A stretch of 64,000 nucleotides of DNA, from positions 17,236,001-17,300,000 of the forward strand of contig OZ024757.1 in assembly GCA_964016885.1 (NCBI GenBank), read 5' to 3'. The stretch is from Eledone cirrhosa (taxonomy: Eukaryota). The notes below the pieces were generated by a model. That model had not been told where the DNA came from. It saw only the letters and a list, made by a program, of their open reading frames with translations, and ran no database searches. A program made the position numbers and the translations under genes. This document shows, piece after piece, positions 1-15,985 of the stretch; position 1 is the stretch's first letter, and each line of letters begins with the position of its first letter.

Positions 1-560
1 AATATTGTAAATATATTGTAAAGGTGGTAATATTGTAAATATATTGTAAAGGTGGTAATATTGTAAATATATTGTAAAGGTGGTAATATTGTAAATATAT
101 TGTAAAGGTGGTAATATTGTAAATATATTGTAAAGGTGGTAATATTGTAAATATATTGTAAAGGTGGTAATATTGTAAATATATTGTAAAGGTGGTAATA
201 TTGTAAATATATTGTAAAGGTGGTAATATTGTAAATATATTGTAAAGGTGGTAATATTGTAAATATATTGTAAAGGTGTTAAATATTGTAAACATATTGT
301 AAAGGTGGTAATATTGTAAATATATTGTAAAGGTGGTAATATTGTAAATATATTGTAAAGGTGTTAAATATTGTAAACATATGTAAGGGTGGTAATATTG
401 TAAATATATTGTAAAGGTGGTAATATTGTAAATATATTGTAAAGGTGGTAATATTGTAAATATATTGTAAAGGTGGTAATATTGTAAATATATTGTAAAG
501 GTGGTAATATTGTAAATATATTGTAAAGGTGGTAATATTGTAAATATATTGTAAAGGTGT
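1..560. repeat. 28-bp minisatellite (AATATTGTAAATATATTGTAAAGGTGGT)n, truncated by window edge
   Basis: Direct reading, about 20 copies. Confidence 0.95.
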
Positions 561-649
561 GAGTATTATTACATGTATTGATATTTGCTTCATGTTCTGA
601 ACTGTATTTTTAAAAGTAGGCCAGTAGTATCATCATATGTTTACTTTCT

Positions 650-2890
650 GTGACACCAGCACCGCCACTTCTGGTACTCTGTATATTTTATCATGACAGC
701 AGTATTACCACCTCTGGTACTCTGTATATTTTATCATGACAGCAGTACTACCATCTATGGTACTCTGTATATTTTATCATGACAGCAGTACTACCATCTA
801 TGGTACTCTGTATATTTTATCATGACAGCAGTACTACCACCTCTGGTACTCTGTATATTTTATCATGACAGCAGTACTACCACCTCTTGTACTCTGTATA
901 TTTTATCATGACACCAGCACCACCACCTCTGGTACTCTGTATATTTTATCATGACAGCAGTATTACCACCTCTGGTACTCTGTATATTTTATCATGACAC
1001 CAGTACTACCATCTATGGTACTCTGTATATTTTATCATGACACCAGTACTACCATCTATGGTACTCTGTATATTTTATCATGACAGCAGTATTACCACCT
1101 CTGGTACTCTGTATATTTTATCATGACAGCAGTATTACCACCTCTGGTACTCTGTATATTTTATCATGACAGCAGTACTACCATCTATGGTACTCTGTAT
1201 ATTTTATCATGACAGCAGTACTACCACCTCTGGTACTCTGTATATTTTATCATGACAGCAGTACTACCACCTCTTGTACTCTGTATATTTTATCATGACA
1301 CCAGCACCACCACCTCTGGTACTCTGTATATTTTATCATGACAGCAGTATTACCACCTCTGGTACTCTGTATATTTTATCATGACAGCAGTACTACCATC
1401 TATGGTACTCTGTATATTTTATCATGATACCAGTACTACCATCTATGGTACTCTGTATATTTTATCATGACAGCAGTATTACCACCTCTGGTACTCTGTA
1501 TATTTTATCATGACAGCAGTATTACCACCTCTGGTACTCTGTATATTTTATCATGACAGCAGTACTACCATCTATGGTACTCTGTATATTTTATCATGAC
1601 ACCAGTACTACCATCTATGGTACTCTGTATATTTTATCATGACACCAGTACTACCACCTCTGGTACTCTGTATATTTTATCATGACAGCAGTACTACCAT
1701 CTATGGTACTCTGTATATTTTATCATGACAGCAGTACTACCATCTATGGTACTCTGTATATTTTATCATGACAGCAGTATTACCACCTCTGGTACTCTGT
1801 ATATTTTATCATGACAGCACCACAACCTCTTGTACTCTGTATATTTTATCATGACACCAGCACCACCATCTATGGTACTCTGTATATTTTATCATGACAC
1901 CAGTACTACCACCTCTGGTACTCTGTATATTTTATCATGACAGCAGTACTACCATCTCTGGTACTCTGTATATTTTATCATGACAGCAGTACTACCATCT
2001 ATGGTACTCTGTATATTTTATCATGACAGCAGTACTACCATCTCTGGTACTCTGTATATTTTATCATGACACCAGTACTACCACCTCTGGTACTCTGTAT
2101 ATTTTATCATGACAGCAGTACTACCATCTCTGGTACTCTGTATATTTTATCATGACACCAGTACTACCATCTATGGTACTCTGTATATTTTATCATGACA
2201 GCAGTACTACCACCTCTAGTACTCTGTATATTTTATCATGACACCAGCACCACCACCTCTTGTACTCTGTATATTTTATCATGATAGCAGTACTACCATC
2301 TATGGTACTTTGTATATTTTATCATGACACCAGCACCACCACCTCTTGTACTCTGTATATTTTATCATGACACCAGCACCACCACCTCTGGTACTCTGTA
2401 TATTTTATCATGACACCAGCACCACCACCTCTGGTACTCTGTATATTTTATCATGACACCAGTACTACCATCTATGGTACTTTGTATATTTTATCATGAC
2501 ACCAGCACCACCACCTCTGGTACTCTGTATATTTTATCATGACACCAGTACTACCACCTCTGCTACTCTGTATATTTTATCATGACTCCAGTACTACCAC
2601 CTCTGGTACTCTGTATATTTTATCATGACACCAGTACTACCATCTCTGGTACTCTGTATATTTTATCATGACACCAGCACCACCACCTCTTGTACTCTGT
2701 ATATTTTATCATGACAGCAGTACTACCATCTATGGTACTCTGTATATTTTATCATGACACCAGCACCACCACCTCTTGTACACTGTATATTTTATCATGA
2801 CACCAGCACCACCACCTCTTGTACACTGTATATTTTATCATGACACCAGTACTACCACCTCTGCTACTCTGTATATTTTATCATGATACC
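650..2890. repeat. 43-bp minisatellite, about 52 copies
   Basis: Unit CTCTGTATATTTTATCATGACAGCAGTACTACCACCTCTGGTA with a few recurring variants. Confidence 0.95.
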
Positions 2891-3135
2891 TGTGTGATTA
2901 ATTTATGTTGACAGGTAGTCTTTAATTATGTCGACAGGTGGTCAGTCTCCATACCTCTGAATGTCCTTTGAAGTTTTTTTTCTTTATGAATGCAGTTAAA
3001 CTATTTCTGGTCAGACTCCCCATGGAGGATTACAGTATTACTGAGTTATGCCAATAGTTGATACTCTACTTGTTGTTGCCACAGCAACCTGAAATCTACT
3101 GATTATGAAGAATTATGGCTACATAGGTAGACAGT

Positions 3136-3321
3136 TACTGTATATACTTGAATATAAGCTGAGTTACATGTGACCAAAAAATCAATGGTAAAATGGGGCG
3201 GGGTTATACACCATCTAAACAATATGTTGATTAGCTGCCCCTGCTTATAAATGGGGTTGGGATTTTTGCATATTTCTCAGACATAAAATAGAGGGGTACT
3301 TATATTCGAGTACATATGGTA
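3136..3321. mobile_element. TA-flanked MITE (Tc1/mariner-pogo type)
   Basis: Imperfect terminal inverted repeats TACTGTATATACTTGAATATAAG and CTTATATTCGAGTACATATGGTA; a related partial copy lies at about 37981-38075. Confidence 0.65.
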
Positions 3322-3359
3322 TATAATGTGGTATGATTCACAGTTCCATAGCTATGGCT

Positions 3360-4660
3360 AGAGAGGCAGACAGCTACATGGTGTGATTTGATCTACAGAA
3401 CAGGTAGACAGCTGAATGATGTGATGTGATCCACAGAAGAGGTAGACAGCTAAATGGTGTGGTGTGATCCACAGAAGAGGTAGACAGCTAAATGGTGTGG
3501 TGTGATCCACAGAAGAGGTAGACAGCTGAATGATGTGATGTGACCCACAGAACAGGTAGACAGCTAAATGATGTGATGTGATCCACAGTAGAGGTAGACA
3601 GCTGAATGGTGTGATGTGATCCACAGAAGAGGTAGACAGCTAAATGGTGTGGTGTGATCCACAGAAGAGGTAGACAGCTAAATGGTGTGGTGTGATCCAC
3701 AGAAGAGGTAGACAGCTAAATGATGTGATGTGATCCACAGTAGAGGTAGACAGCTGAATGGTGTGATGTGATCCACAGAAGAGGTAGACAGCTAAATGGT
3801 GTGATGTGATCCACAGAAGAGGTAGACAGCTAAATGGTGTGGTGTGATCCACAGAAGAGGTAGACAGCTAAATGATGTGATGTGATCCACAGAACAGGTA
3901 GATAGTTACATGGTGTGGTGTGATCCACAGAAGAGGTAGACAGCTGAATGATGTGATGTGATCCACAGAAGAGGTAGACAGCTAAATGATGTGATGTGAT
4001 CCACAGAAGAGGTAGACAACTAAATGGTGTGGTGTGATCCACAGAAGAGGTAGACAGCTAAATGGTGTGATGTGATCCACAGAAGAGGTAGACAGCTAAA
4101 TGGTGTGATTTGATCTACAGAACAGGTAGACAGCTAAATGATGTGATGTGATCCACAGAAGAGGTAGACAGCTAAATGATGTGATGTGATCCACAGAAGA
4201 GGTAGATAGTTACATGGTGTGGTGTGATCCACAGAACAGGTAGACAGCTAAATGATGTGATGTGATCCACAGAAGAGGTAGACAGCTAAATGATGTGATG
4301 TGACCCACAGAAGAGGTAGACAGCTGAATGATGTGATGTGACCCACAGAAGAGGTAGACAGCTAAATGGTGTGATGTGATCCACAGAAGAGGTAGATAGT
4401 TACATGGTGTGGTGTGATCCACAGAAGAGGTAGACAGCTAAATGATGTGATGTGATCCACAGAAGAGGTAGACAGCTAAATGGTGTGATGTGATCCACAG
4501 AAGAGGTAGACAGCTGAATGATGTGATGTGACCCACAGAAGAGGTAGACAGCTGAATGGTGTGGTGTGATCCACAGAAGAGGTAGATAGTTACATGGTGT
4601 GGTGTGACCCACAGTAGAGGTAGATAGTTACATGGTGTGGTGTGCTCTACAGAACAGTTG
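3360..4660. repeat. 38-bp minisatellite, about 34 copies
   Basis: Unit GATCCACAGAAGAGGTAGACAGCTAAATGGTGTGGTGT. Confidence 0.95.
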
Positions 4661-5229
4661 GGCTAGAGAGGTAGACAGATGGAAAATAAAGTTGTACCTG
4701 AAATTTACAGGGCCAGCCTTGTTACATACTTTGTCATACTGAATTTCCTTAAGAACTACATTAATGGTTCTTGTTAATGACTAATGGTTCTCTCTCTCTC
4801 TCCCTTTCTCTCCCTTCTCTCCCTCTCATATACATTGTCTCTCTCTCTCTCTCTTTCATATATGCTGTTTCTCTTTCCCTCTCACATATGCTATCTCTCT
4901 TGCTCTTCCTCTCACACATATTGCCTCTTTCTAACCCTCCTCCTTCTCTCACCTCTCTCTCTCTCCAAATTGTAGAAATCATCCAACCATACCCCCCCCC
5001 CCCACTAATTACCCATGCTCCGTGACATAGAATGTTGCCATAGTGATGGTAATGATGCTAAATAGAGACTAGGCAATAAAGGAAATGATGGTAGGTGGTG
5101 ATGTGCTGATGATGATGTAATGAATGAGGATAGTATTAATGATGATGATTGTAAAAATGATTAGGATGGTGATGGCAGTTGTGATGATTATGATGGTTGA
5201 AATAGTGAGGATGATGGAAAAATGAAATT

Positions 5230-5620
5230 GTTACGCCTCACACCGATGTAGGTTTAGTTGACCTCTGAACAGGATGTATCTCATAGGAGGTTTCTTGGGT
5301 GTTTTAATGATAGGGGTGATGTTATACCTCACACCTATGTAGGTTTAGTTGACCTCTGAACAGGATGTATCTCATAGGAGGTTTCTTGGGTGTTTTAATG
5401 ATAGGGGTGATGTTACACCTCACACCTATGTAGGTTTAACTGACCTACCAGGTTGTATCTCACAGAAAGTTTCTTGGGTGTTTAATGATAGGGGTGATGT
5501 TACACCTCACACCTATGTAGGTTTAACTGACCTACCAGGTTGTATCTCACAGAAAGTTTCTTGGGTGTTTAATGATAGGGGCCTCCATGTTGTTATGCTT
5601 CACACCTATGTAGGTTTCCA
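5230..5620. repeat. 87-91-bp tandem repeat, about 4.5 copies
   Basis: CCTCACACCTATGTAGGTTTA...TTTTAATGATAGGGG recurs; related sequence near 40300-40500. Confidence 0.85.
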
Positions 5621-6826
5621 ATCACTTTATAGCATGGACTGGATGCATTATTTGTGCCACCAGCACTAGAGAGATTGTCTTACTGGACTCAAGAGACCTC
5701 TCCACCCTATATCAGTTCTTATTTGGAGTTTCTACTCTCCTAGATCGATTGCCTTCATTACGGTTTACTGAGCCCACATCTGTCATTATGTTTCTATTAA
5801 TTTTGGAGATATTTAATGAATGAACTTTTTGTGAATGGGTTGGCAGAATTATTAGCGTATCAGACAAAATATTGTATGGTACTTATTCCAGCTCTTTATG
5901 TTCTCAGTTTAAATTGTGCTGGGGTCAATTTTGCCATTCATCCTATCATCATTATCATGTCTGTTTTTCCACGCTTGCATGAGTTGGATGGGTACTTTTC
6001 AGCACAGTATATCTCCATTAGCTGCATTCCTTCTTCATCTCCTCGGTGAGTCTTGGTGGTTTGAGGTCAGCTCTCACAATCTCTGTCCAGTCTTTCTTGG
6101 TCTACCTCTACTACAGCTTCCTTCCACTGTGGGTCAATAAATAAAGTATCAAACCAGGGGCAATGGATTAGCAGAATTGTTAAAGAGCTGAATGAGATAT
6201 GTTGCATGCAATATCTAATCCAGCAGTGTGCATTCTGAGTTCAAATTGCACCTTCTCCTGCCAGAAAAAAATTGTAAAATGATAGTTGTTGTGTCCTACG
6301 GGATAGTATCAGCAATGGAAACTTAGTCTGCTCCTTCCATTTTGGGGGAAGGGGTTTTATATCATAGCACTGGAGGACGTTGGGGACTGAAATGGGTTGG
6401 TATGAAAAAGGGTGTGGGGGTGATGTGGGGTTTCACAAACTTGAAATAAATACTGCCTCACACATTTGTGAATGACCTGTCATAGTAATTCTGTATACAA
6501 TCACTCACATATACACACTCACACACAACACTGACTCCTTCATATAGCCGGTACCATCTGTTTCACTTAAGGCTACCTCACATACTGGAAACTCTGTTTG
6601 AATGGTTTGTGAATGGCGAGAGGTGATAATTCCATATATGGTGATGGTAGTGGTGGGGCTAGTGGTAGTAGTAGTAGTGGTGGTGGTGGTGTTGATGGTG
6701 GTGAATGATGAGTGATAATAGTTCCACATAGAATCACATTCACACATTATAATATTTCTACTGTCTTCTACTATAGATTGACCAAATCCTTGTCACTGAA
6801 ATTTGGTAGATAGGAAATGCAGAAGC

Positions 6827-6829
<3 letters not shown>

Positions 6830-6864
<35 letters not shown>

Positions 6865-6891
6865 TCTTTCTTTCTTTCTTTCTTTCTTTCT

Positions 6892-6922
<31 letters not shown>

Positions 6923-6936
6923 TTTCTTCTTCTTCT

Positions 6937-6999
<63 letters not shown>

Positions 7000-7439
7000 C
7001 TCTTTCTCTCTTTCTCTCTTTCTTTCTTTCTTTCTCTCTTTCTCTCTTTCTTTCTCTTCTTTCTTTCTTTCTTTCTCTCTTTCTCTCTCTTTCTTTCTTT
7101 CTCTCTTTCTCTCTTTCTTTCTCTCTTTCTCTCTTTCTTTCTCTCTTTCTCTCTTTCTTTCTCTCTTTCTTTCTTTCTCTCTTTCTTTCTTTCTCTCTTC
7201 TTCTTTCTTCTCTCTTTCTTTCTCTCTTTCTCTCTTTCTNNNNNNNNNNNNNNNNNNNNNNNNNNNNNNNNNNNNNNNNNNNNNNNNNNNNNNNNNNNNN
7301 NNNNNNNNNNNNNNNNNNNNNNNNNNNNNNNNNNNNNNNNNNNNNNNNNNNNNNNNNNNNNNNNNNNNNNNNNNNNNNNNNNNNNNNNNNNNNNNNNNNN
7401 NNNNNNNNNNNNNNNNNNNNNNNNNNNNNNNNNNNNNNN
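6830..7439. repeat. (CT)n/(CTTT)n tract followed by a 200-N assembly gap (7240-7439)
   Basis: Direct reading. Confidence 0.98.
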
Positions 7440-7646
7440 ACTCTCTGCAAGCGACTGAGGTCTGGGATCTTGTCAATCGATCAGAGAGAGGTGCATATGT
7501 GTGTGTACATATATGAGTATATTTGTGAACTGTAAATTAAGTTTGATCAAATGAAATCAATAAAATAAGTACCAGAATTGAGAAAAGAAAATCTATAAAA
7601 CAAATGGTTTAACCCTCTCTCTCTTTGTTTTTTTCTCTCTTTTCAG

Positions 7647-7721
7647 ACCATAAAGACATTCACTAAACAACTCTATTAAGGTCTTTTACATACCTCGGAC
7701 AAACTTATTGATTCTTCAAAG
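7647..7721 (+). other. Candidate non-coding 5'UTR exon of Rab14
   Basis: Long pyrimidine tract ending tttcAG (7646); 75 nt of unique sequence without ATG; AAG|GTAATC donor. The first coding exon has an acceptor upstream of its ATG, so an upstream exon is expected. Confidence 0.45.
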
Positions 7722-7949
7722 GTAATCAATTTATTTCTCAAGGATTCTGTTTAGGATTTTGGACTCGTTTTCAATGACCAATTGAGGCAGAAGTTATATT
7801 AAGGGATTTCAGATGACTTCCCTCTCCCCATAAATGTTATTACATAATGATGGTCAAAGACATATATGTATAAATGATGAAGTGATTTCAGTTAACCCTC
7901 CCTCTTCCAATAGACATTGTTACATAACAATGGTTAGGAGGATTCATCA

Positions 7950-8815
7950 TCATCATCATTGTTTTTCCACATTTGCATGGGTTGGACGGGTCCTTCTCTG
8001 CGTAGCATCTCTCCACTTGCCGCATTCCTTCATCATCTCCTCTGTGAGTCTCAGCAACTTGAGATCTGCTCTCACCATCTCTGCACAGGTCTGCCTTGGT
8101 CTACCTCTACTACATCTTCCTTCCACTGGGCTTTCCTGTCTCTTCTTCACTAACACAGTCTTTTCTCCTGCACACCACCTCAGTTTCCTCTTAAACTCAG
8201 TTTCTTCCTCAGTTCATCCAAGTTCTGCCTTTCTCTCACACTTACATTGCACATCCATCGAAGCATGGTGGCTTCATTTCTCCACAGTCTGTGCATGTCC
8301 TCTGCAGCCACAGCCCATGGTTTTTGACCATGCAGCATCGCACTTTGCACACAGTCATCCTTTTGTACATAGAAACCTTTTCTAGTCAACAGTGGGAGTA
8401 GCTCTCTAAACCGTTTCCACCCTATCTTTATTCTAGCCATTATACTCTTAGCACACACTCCTCCGCTGCTAACTAAGTCATCTAGATAGCAAAAGCTATC
8501 AACCACTTCTATGGACATTTCTTGTGACTTGAAAAGGTTTATGCCACTGATGCTTTTCCCCCTCAATTACCCCTGTTCATCTTCTACATACAAAGTCTTC
8601 CTTTCCTATTAGTCTACCCGTTAACCCACTACAGCTCTTGTATACACAAGATTTATATTGTGTACATCGTATGGAGTTTATGCCTACTCCTTTTCTACAT
8701 ATTGAGCAGAGCCACTTCCCTGAAAGAATCGGAGACCTATCTTCTTTCCTACTCATTAGCATTTTAGTTTTTGCTAAGTTTACTCTCAGACCTTTTGATT
8801 CCAAATTCCTTTTCC
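7950..8815 (-). mobile_element. Decayed RTE-clade LINE, 3' part of the RT ORF
   Basis: Frameshifted peptides ESKGLRVNLAKTKML, CSICRKGVGINSIRC, EVVDSFCYL, RIKIGWKRFRELLPLLT and RGRPRQT; (GAT)n tail. Confidence 0.85.
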
Positions 8816-9624
8816 ATAGAGCTTATATATGTATAAATGTTTAAAGAATTTCAGATAACCTTCCCTCTCCCAATAGACATTGTTATATAATGGTCGTTAT
8901 GGATTTATATATCAAATCAGGTCAGATGGCTGTCTTGCTCATACAGAACTGTTTCTCGCTTGGTTTCTACAGCTAAATGCCCTTCCAACCACATTTACAG
9001 AACCCTCCCTCTCTTTAGGTGATACATTGAGTTCTTGAGCAAGACACTTTATTTCACATTGCTCCAGTTCACTCAGCTGCAGAAATGAGTTGCATCGTCA
9101 TTGGTGCCAAGCTGTATCGGCCTTTGAGTTTCCCTTGGATACATCGGGGAAATTGGTATGCATGGCCGACTGCTGGTCTTCCTCAAACAACCTTGCCTGG
9201 ACTTGTGGCTCAGATGAGAACTTTCTAGGTGCAAATCCCATGGTCATTCGTTTACCCTTTTTTTTTAATGTATCTATGAGATCATCATCATCATCATCAC
9301 ACATTGGCAACTGTGTGTCTATAGTTTATATAGCCTCAGTATTATATACACTTAAAAAACAAGAATCAGTAGCAAGTGCAACTATGTGTATAGTTGCTCT
9401 GCAGCATCATTAGATCTAAAGTGATGTGTTTAGTGAAGATATTAGCATTGTCAGTTAGGAAGATATATCCTGCTAATACATGCATACGTATATATATGTG
9501 TGTGTATATATGTGTATGTGTATGTGTCTGTGTGTATGTATATACATATATATAAATATATATATATATATACAAATCATTAGCATCCTTTTATGGCCAT
9601 TTTTTTCATGCATGCCTGAGTTGG

Positions 9625-9659
<35 letters not shown>

Positions 9660-9734
9660 TTAATGAAGATATCAATGGGATGTTGGATTGAGGAGGGTTT
9701 CTGCCAATATATATAGGCACAGCAATATCTGCCA

Positions 9735-9769
<35 letters not shown>

Positions 9770-9794
9770 GGCACAGCAATATCTGCCAACACAG

Positions 9795-9847
<53 letters not shown>

Positions 9848-9870
9848 CACAGCAATATGTGCCAACACAG

Positions 9871-9913
<43 letters not shown>

Positions 9914-9932
9914 GGCACAGCAATATCTGCCA

Positions 9933-9967
<35 letters not shown>

Positions 9968-10224
9968 ACCACAGCAATAGCTGCCAACACAGACACACAC
10001 ATATATATATATGCCCACACACACAGATACTGCCGCATCAATATCTGCCAAAACACACTCACAAACATACAGAGATTCACACACTGACACAGCAGTGATA
10101 TCTGCCAACACACACACACACACACACACACTGACATATGTATGATATATCTATAAATAGTCACTATTTGTACTGTATTGGTTTGGTCTCTCTGTACAGG
10201 GAGTTGGTAGATATTAATTCATTC

Positions 10225-12677
10225 ACACACACATATAACCCTCTTTTAAAGTGTCTATCTCTCTCACACATATATAACCCTCTTTTAAACTCTCTCTCTC
10301 TCTCACACACATATAACCCTCTTTTAAAGTGTCTATCTCTCTCACACACATATATAACCCTCTTTTAAACTCTCTCTCTCACACACACACATATAACCCT
10401 CTTTTAAACTCTCTCTCTCACACACATATAACCCTCTTTTAAAGTCTCTATCTCTCTCACACATATATAACCCTTTTTTAAACTCTCCCTCTCTCTCTCA
10501 CACATATAACCCTCTTTTAAACTCTCTCACACACATATAACCCTCTTTTAAACTCTCTCTCTCTCTCACACACATATAAACCTCTTTTAAACTCTCTCTC
10601 TCTCACACACATATAACCCTCTTTAAACTCTCCCTCTCTCTCACACATATAACCCTCTTTAAACTCTCTCTCTCTCTCACACACATATAACCCTCTTTTA
10701 AACTCTCCCTCTCACACACATATAACCCTCTTTTAAATTCTCTATCTCTCTCACACATATAACCCTCTTTTAAACTCTCTCTCTCTCTCACACACATATA
10801 ACCCTCTTTTAAACTCTCTCTCTCACACACATATAACCCTCTTTTAAATTCTCTATCTCTCTCACACATATAACCCTCTTTTAAACTCTCTCTCTCTCTC
10901 ACACACATATAACCCTCTTTTAAACTCTCTCTCACACACATATAACCCTCTTTTAAACTCTCTCTCTCTCACACACATATAACCCTCTTTTAAACTCTCT
11001 CTCTCTCTCTCTCTCACACACATATAACCCTCTTTTAAACTTTCTCTCTCTCTCACACACATATAACCCTCTTTTAAACTCTCTCACACACATATAACCC
11101 TCTTTTAAACTCTCTCTCTCTCACACACATATAACCCTCTTTTAAACTCTCTCTCACTCACACACATATAACCCTCTTTTAAACTCTCTCTCACACACAT
11201 ATAACCCTCTTTTAAACTCTCTCTCTCACACATATAACCCTCTTTTAAAGTGTCTCTATCTCTCTCACACACATATAACCCTCTTTTAAACTCTCTCTCT
11301 CTCTCACACACATATAACCCTCTTTTAAAATCTCTCTCTCACACACATATAACCCTCTTTTAAACTCTCTCTCTCTCACACACATATAACCCTCTTTTAA
11401 ACTCTCTCTCTCTCACACATATAACCCTCTTTTAAACTCTCTCTCTCTCACACATATAACCCTCTTTTAAACTTTCTCTCTCTCTCACACACATATAACC
11501 CTCTTTTAAACTCTCTCTCTCTCTCTCACACATATAACCCTCTTTTAAACTCTCCCTCTCTCACACACATATAACCCTCTTTTAAACTCTCCCTCTCTCA
11601 CACACATATAACCCTCTTTTAAACTCTCTCTCTCACACACATATAACCCTCTTTTAAACTCTCTCTCTCACACACATATAACCCTCTTTTAAACTCTCTC
11701 TCACACACATATAACCCTCTTTTAAACTCTCTCTCACACACATATCACCCTCTTTTAAAGTGTCTCCATCTCTCTCACACATATATAACCCTCTTTTAAA
11801 CTCTCCCTCTCTCACACACATATAACCCTCTTTTAAAGTGTCTCTATCTCTCTCTCACACACATATAACCCTCTTTTAAAGTGTCTCTATCTCTCTCTCT
11901 CTCACACGCATATAACCCTCTTTTAAACTCTCCCTCTCTCACACACATATAACCCTCTTTTAAAGTGTCTCTATCTCTCTCACACACATATAACCCTCTT
12001 TTAAACTCTCTCTCTCTCTCACACACATATAACCCTCTTTTAAACTCTCTCTCTCTCACACACATATAACCCTCTTTTAAACTCTCTCTCTCACACACAT
12101 ATAACCCTCTTTTAAACTCTCTCACACACACATATAACCCTCTTTTAAACTCTCTCTCTCTCACACACATATAACCCTCTTTTAAACTCTCTCTCTCTCA
12201 CACATATAACCCTCTTTTAAACTCTCTCTCTCTCACACATATAACCCTCTTTTAAACTTTCTCTCTCTCTCACACACATATAACCCTCTTTTAAACTCTC
12301 TCTCTCTCTCACACATATAACCCTCTTTTAAACTCTCCCTCTCTCACACACATATAACCCTCTTTTAAACTCTCTCTCTCTCACACACATATAACCCTCT
12401 TTTAAACTCTCTCTCACACACATATAACCCTCTTTTAAACTCTCTCTCACACACATATCACCCTCTTTTAAAATGTCTCCATCTCTCACACACATATATA
12501 ACCCTCTTTTAAACTCTCCCTCTCTCACACACATATAACCCTCTTTTAAACTCTCTCTCTCTCTCTCACACACATATAACCCTCTTTTAAAGTGTCTCTA
12601 TCTCTCTGTCTCTCACACGCATATAACCCTCTTTTAAACTCTCGCTCTCTCTCTCACACACATATAACCCTCTTTTA

Positions 12678-12725
<48 letters not shown>

Positions 12726-12780
12726 TATATAACCCTCTTTTAAAGTGTCTCTATCTCTCGCACACATAACCATGTTCTAA
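10225..12780. repeat. Compound minisatellite: CATATAACCCTCTTTTAAA core plus variable (CT)n(CA)n
   Basis: Constant core with variable-length dinucleotide linker, dozens of copies. Confidence 0.95.
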
Positions 12781-12831
12781 CTTGTCTACTTATCTCTCTC
12801 CCTCTCACACACACATCACTCTATTTAAACA

Positions 12832-12862
<31 letters not shown>

Positions 12863-13111
12863 TTCTCTGACACAGTAGGCAACACTAATCTCATTGGGAA
12901 AGAGATGAACATCACAACATCACTACCATATATTGACACCATTATTGGCTGCTATTTTTAGTAGGTCGAGTGACCACATATAGGCATCATGACCAGCTGC
13001 TATATCCATGTTAGTGTTGGGGATGGTGATAGTTGTGGTGGTGGTGGTGATCATGTTGATGTTTATGATGGTAATGGTGGTGATGTTGGTTGTGGTGATT
13101 CCTTCCACTAA

Positions 13112-13324
<213 letters not shown>

Positions 13325-14604
13325 TAGTCCTGTACCACATGCAACCACATTAGCAAAAACATTCTTGAAAAGTACAAAACAGCATTATGACTGCACCACA
13401 TTAAAAATTAATGTCTACTCTAATACTGAATTTTTCTTAACTGCAAAATTTTCACAACTATCTGTCTACCAATAAAAGTATGATAAACATTTGAATTGAC
13501 AAACATGAAACCACATTAGCAAGACATTCTTGAAAAGTATAAAACAGCACTATGACTGCATAATATTTAATATTAAAGTCTTTACTCTAATTCAGAAAAT
13601 GTTCACAACAATCTGTCCAGTAGTAAATATGCTATAAATATTTGAATTAACAAACCAAATTAGCAAGACATTCTTGAAAAATATAAGACAGCACTATGAC
13701 TGTATCAAATTAAAGATAGTGTTTATTTAATTTACTGCAAATTTTCACAATGATCTGTCAGACATTTGAAGTAACAAAACCTGTTTTTACATATTTCCTG
13801 CTAAATCATTACAAGATGTTAAGAATTAACCCTTCCGATAGCAATTTGCCCTAAGTCCACCTTGATCCATCACACAAACTCTTTCTCTTTTAATGAAAGA
13901 CACTTAACTTACTTTGATGGGTTCAACCAGTATTGTCCCAGGCTATGTCTAACTTAATAGCACCACCTAGCAAAGTCTTTCAAATCAGGATTTGGACACC
14001 ATGGCCCACTCAAGTAGATAGTTATTGTTTATGGAGACATATCTGGGTATAGGAGGTTTATCTGGGATTTCTAGAAGGAATTTGTCCAAAGACTTTTTGA
14101 ATTTTATGGGGCCTGTTTCTGTTTTAATGTGTTTTGGTGTAATGTTAAAGAGAGTGAGACCAATTGAGGTGAAATAATTGTGCCATAATCTTGTTATGAG
14201 ATGCGAGTTTGATTTTTGTTGTGGGCGAATAGCACTGGGCCCAAGCCTATAATTTTCAAATTATTTTGAAGATAATCAAATATTTGAAGAGATTTTGTAA
14301 CATAACTTTCTCATTCTTAAGTTGGTGTTTGGAACATAATTTAACCCTTTTGTTACTATATTTCTAATAAAATACAGTCTATAATTTTCAAATCATTTCT
14401 AAAATACTCAAGAATTTAGAGGGCTTTAGTAACTAATTTAGTAACTAATTTTGTCATTATTAAGCTGGTGTTTGGAACATAACAAAGTTTCTTACATAAA
14501 ATTATGATGGAAGGTTTTTAAACAAATATAATCACATAATTTAACGTCTATTTTTCCATGCTTGCATGGGTTGGATGGGCCATCCAATATATGAGACAAG
14601 TCTG

Positions 14605-14638
<34 letters not shown>

Positions 14639-14844
14639 ATAATAATAATTTTTATGTCTGCCTTTCCATGCACAAATAATACACACACACACACACACTC
14701 AGACACACAGGTGTGTGTACACACTGATAAAATATATACACACATCCCCTCCTCAATTTTATTTTGTGTATTTCCAGACATTTTAATAATATTTCCTGTA
14801 TATTTTATGTTGTAACTGAACTATTTTCTTTCTCTCTTTCTTAG

Positions 14845-14890
14845 TTATGGCAGACTGCCCTCATACCATTGGTGTGGAGTTTGGTACAAG
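14845..14890 (+). CDS. RAB14: Rab14 coding exon 2 (FMADCPHTIGVEFGTR, switch I)
   Basis: Pyrimidine tract plus ttAG acceptor; GTAAGT donor; 46 nt keeps frame with both neighbours. Confidence 0.97.
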
Positions 14891-15357
14891 GTAAGTTGTT
14901 GTAGTTCTTACTACTACTAAAAATAATAATAATAACATTTCTACTTTTGCCTTACTGGTACTTTATTTTATTGACCTCGTAAGGTTGAAAGGCAAAGTTA
15001 ACCTTGGCAGGGATTTAAACTCAGAACGTAAAGAGCCGTAACTCTATGCTGCAAAGTATGGTGTCTGCTGCTCTACCGATACTGCCAAACCACCGTCCTT
15101 AATAATAATGATAATGATGGTTTCTGATTTAGGCACAAGGCCAGCAAATTTTGTTTTTTGAGGGGTATTCAATTAAATCGACTCCAGTGCATTACTGGTA
15201 CTTTAACCCCCCCCAGAAATTGCTGGCCTTGTGCCTTAATCAGAAACCATTATTATTAGTAGTAGTTGCAGTAGTGGTAGTAATAGGGGGAAGTAGCAAG
15301 TTAACCTTTTTCCTTGTTTCACTGAATATTAAACTGGATATAAAATGTGTGTATAAA

Positions 15358-15615
<258 letters not shown>

Positions 15616-15833
15616 ATAGTGGAAGATGGATGTTAAATGATGATGATGATGATATACAATATTAATACCAATGTATTAATATGTACATACTATATACAAG
15701 TTTGTAAGCAACATTTTAACATATACTTACCACTGTTTCAACACATACACTCACGTCAGCCATATATATATACTACCATATATAGTTGCAGTTATATATA
15801 TATGTGTGGTGTGTGTATATATATATACCTGTA

Positions 15834-15881
<48 letters not shown>

Positions 15882-15928
15882 ACACATACACACAGGTATA
15901 TATGTATATATATATATATACCTGTGTG

Positions 15929-15985
<57 letters not shown>

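Noticed and set aside
650-4660. 43-bp and 38-bp arrays as CRISPR arrays or coding repeats
   Set aside because: Units are contiguous with only recurring point variants; there are no spacers.
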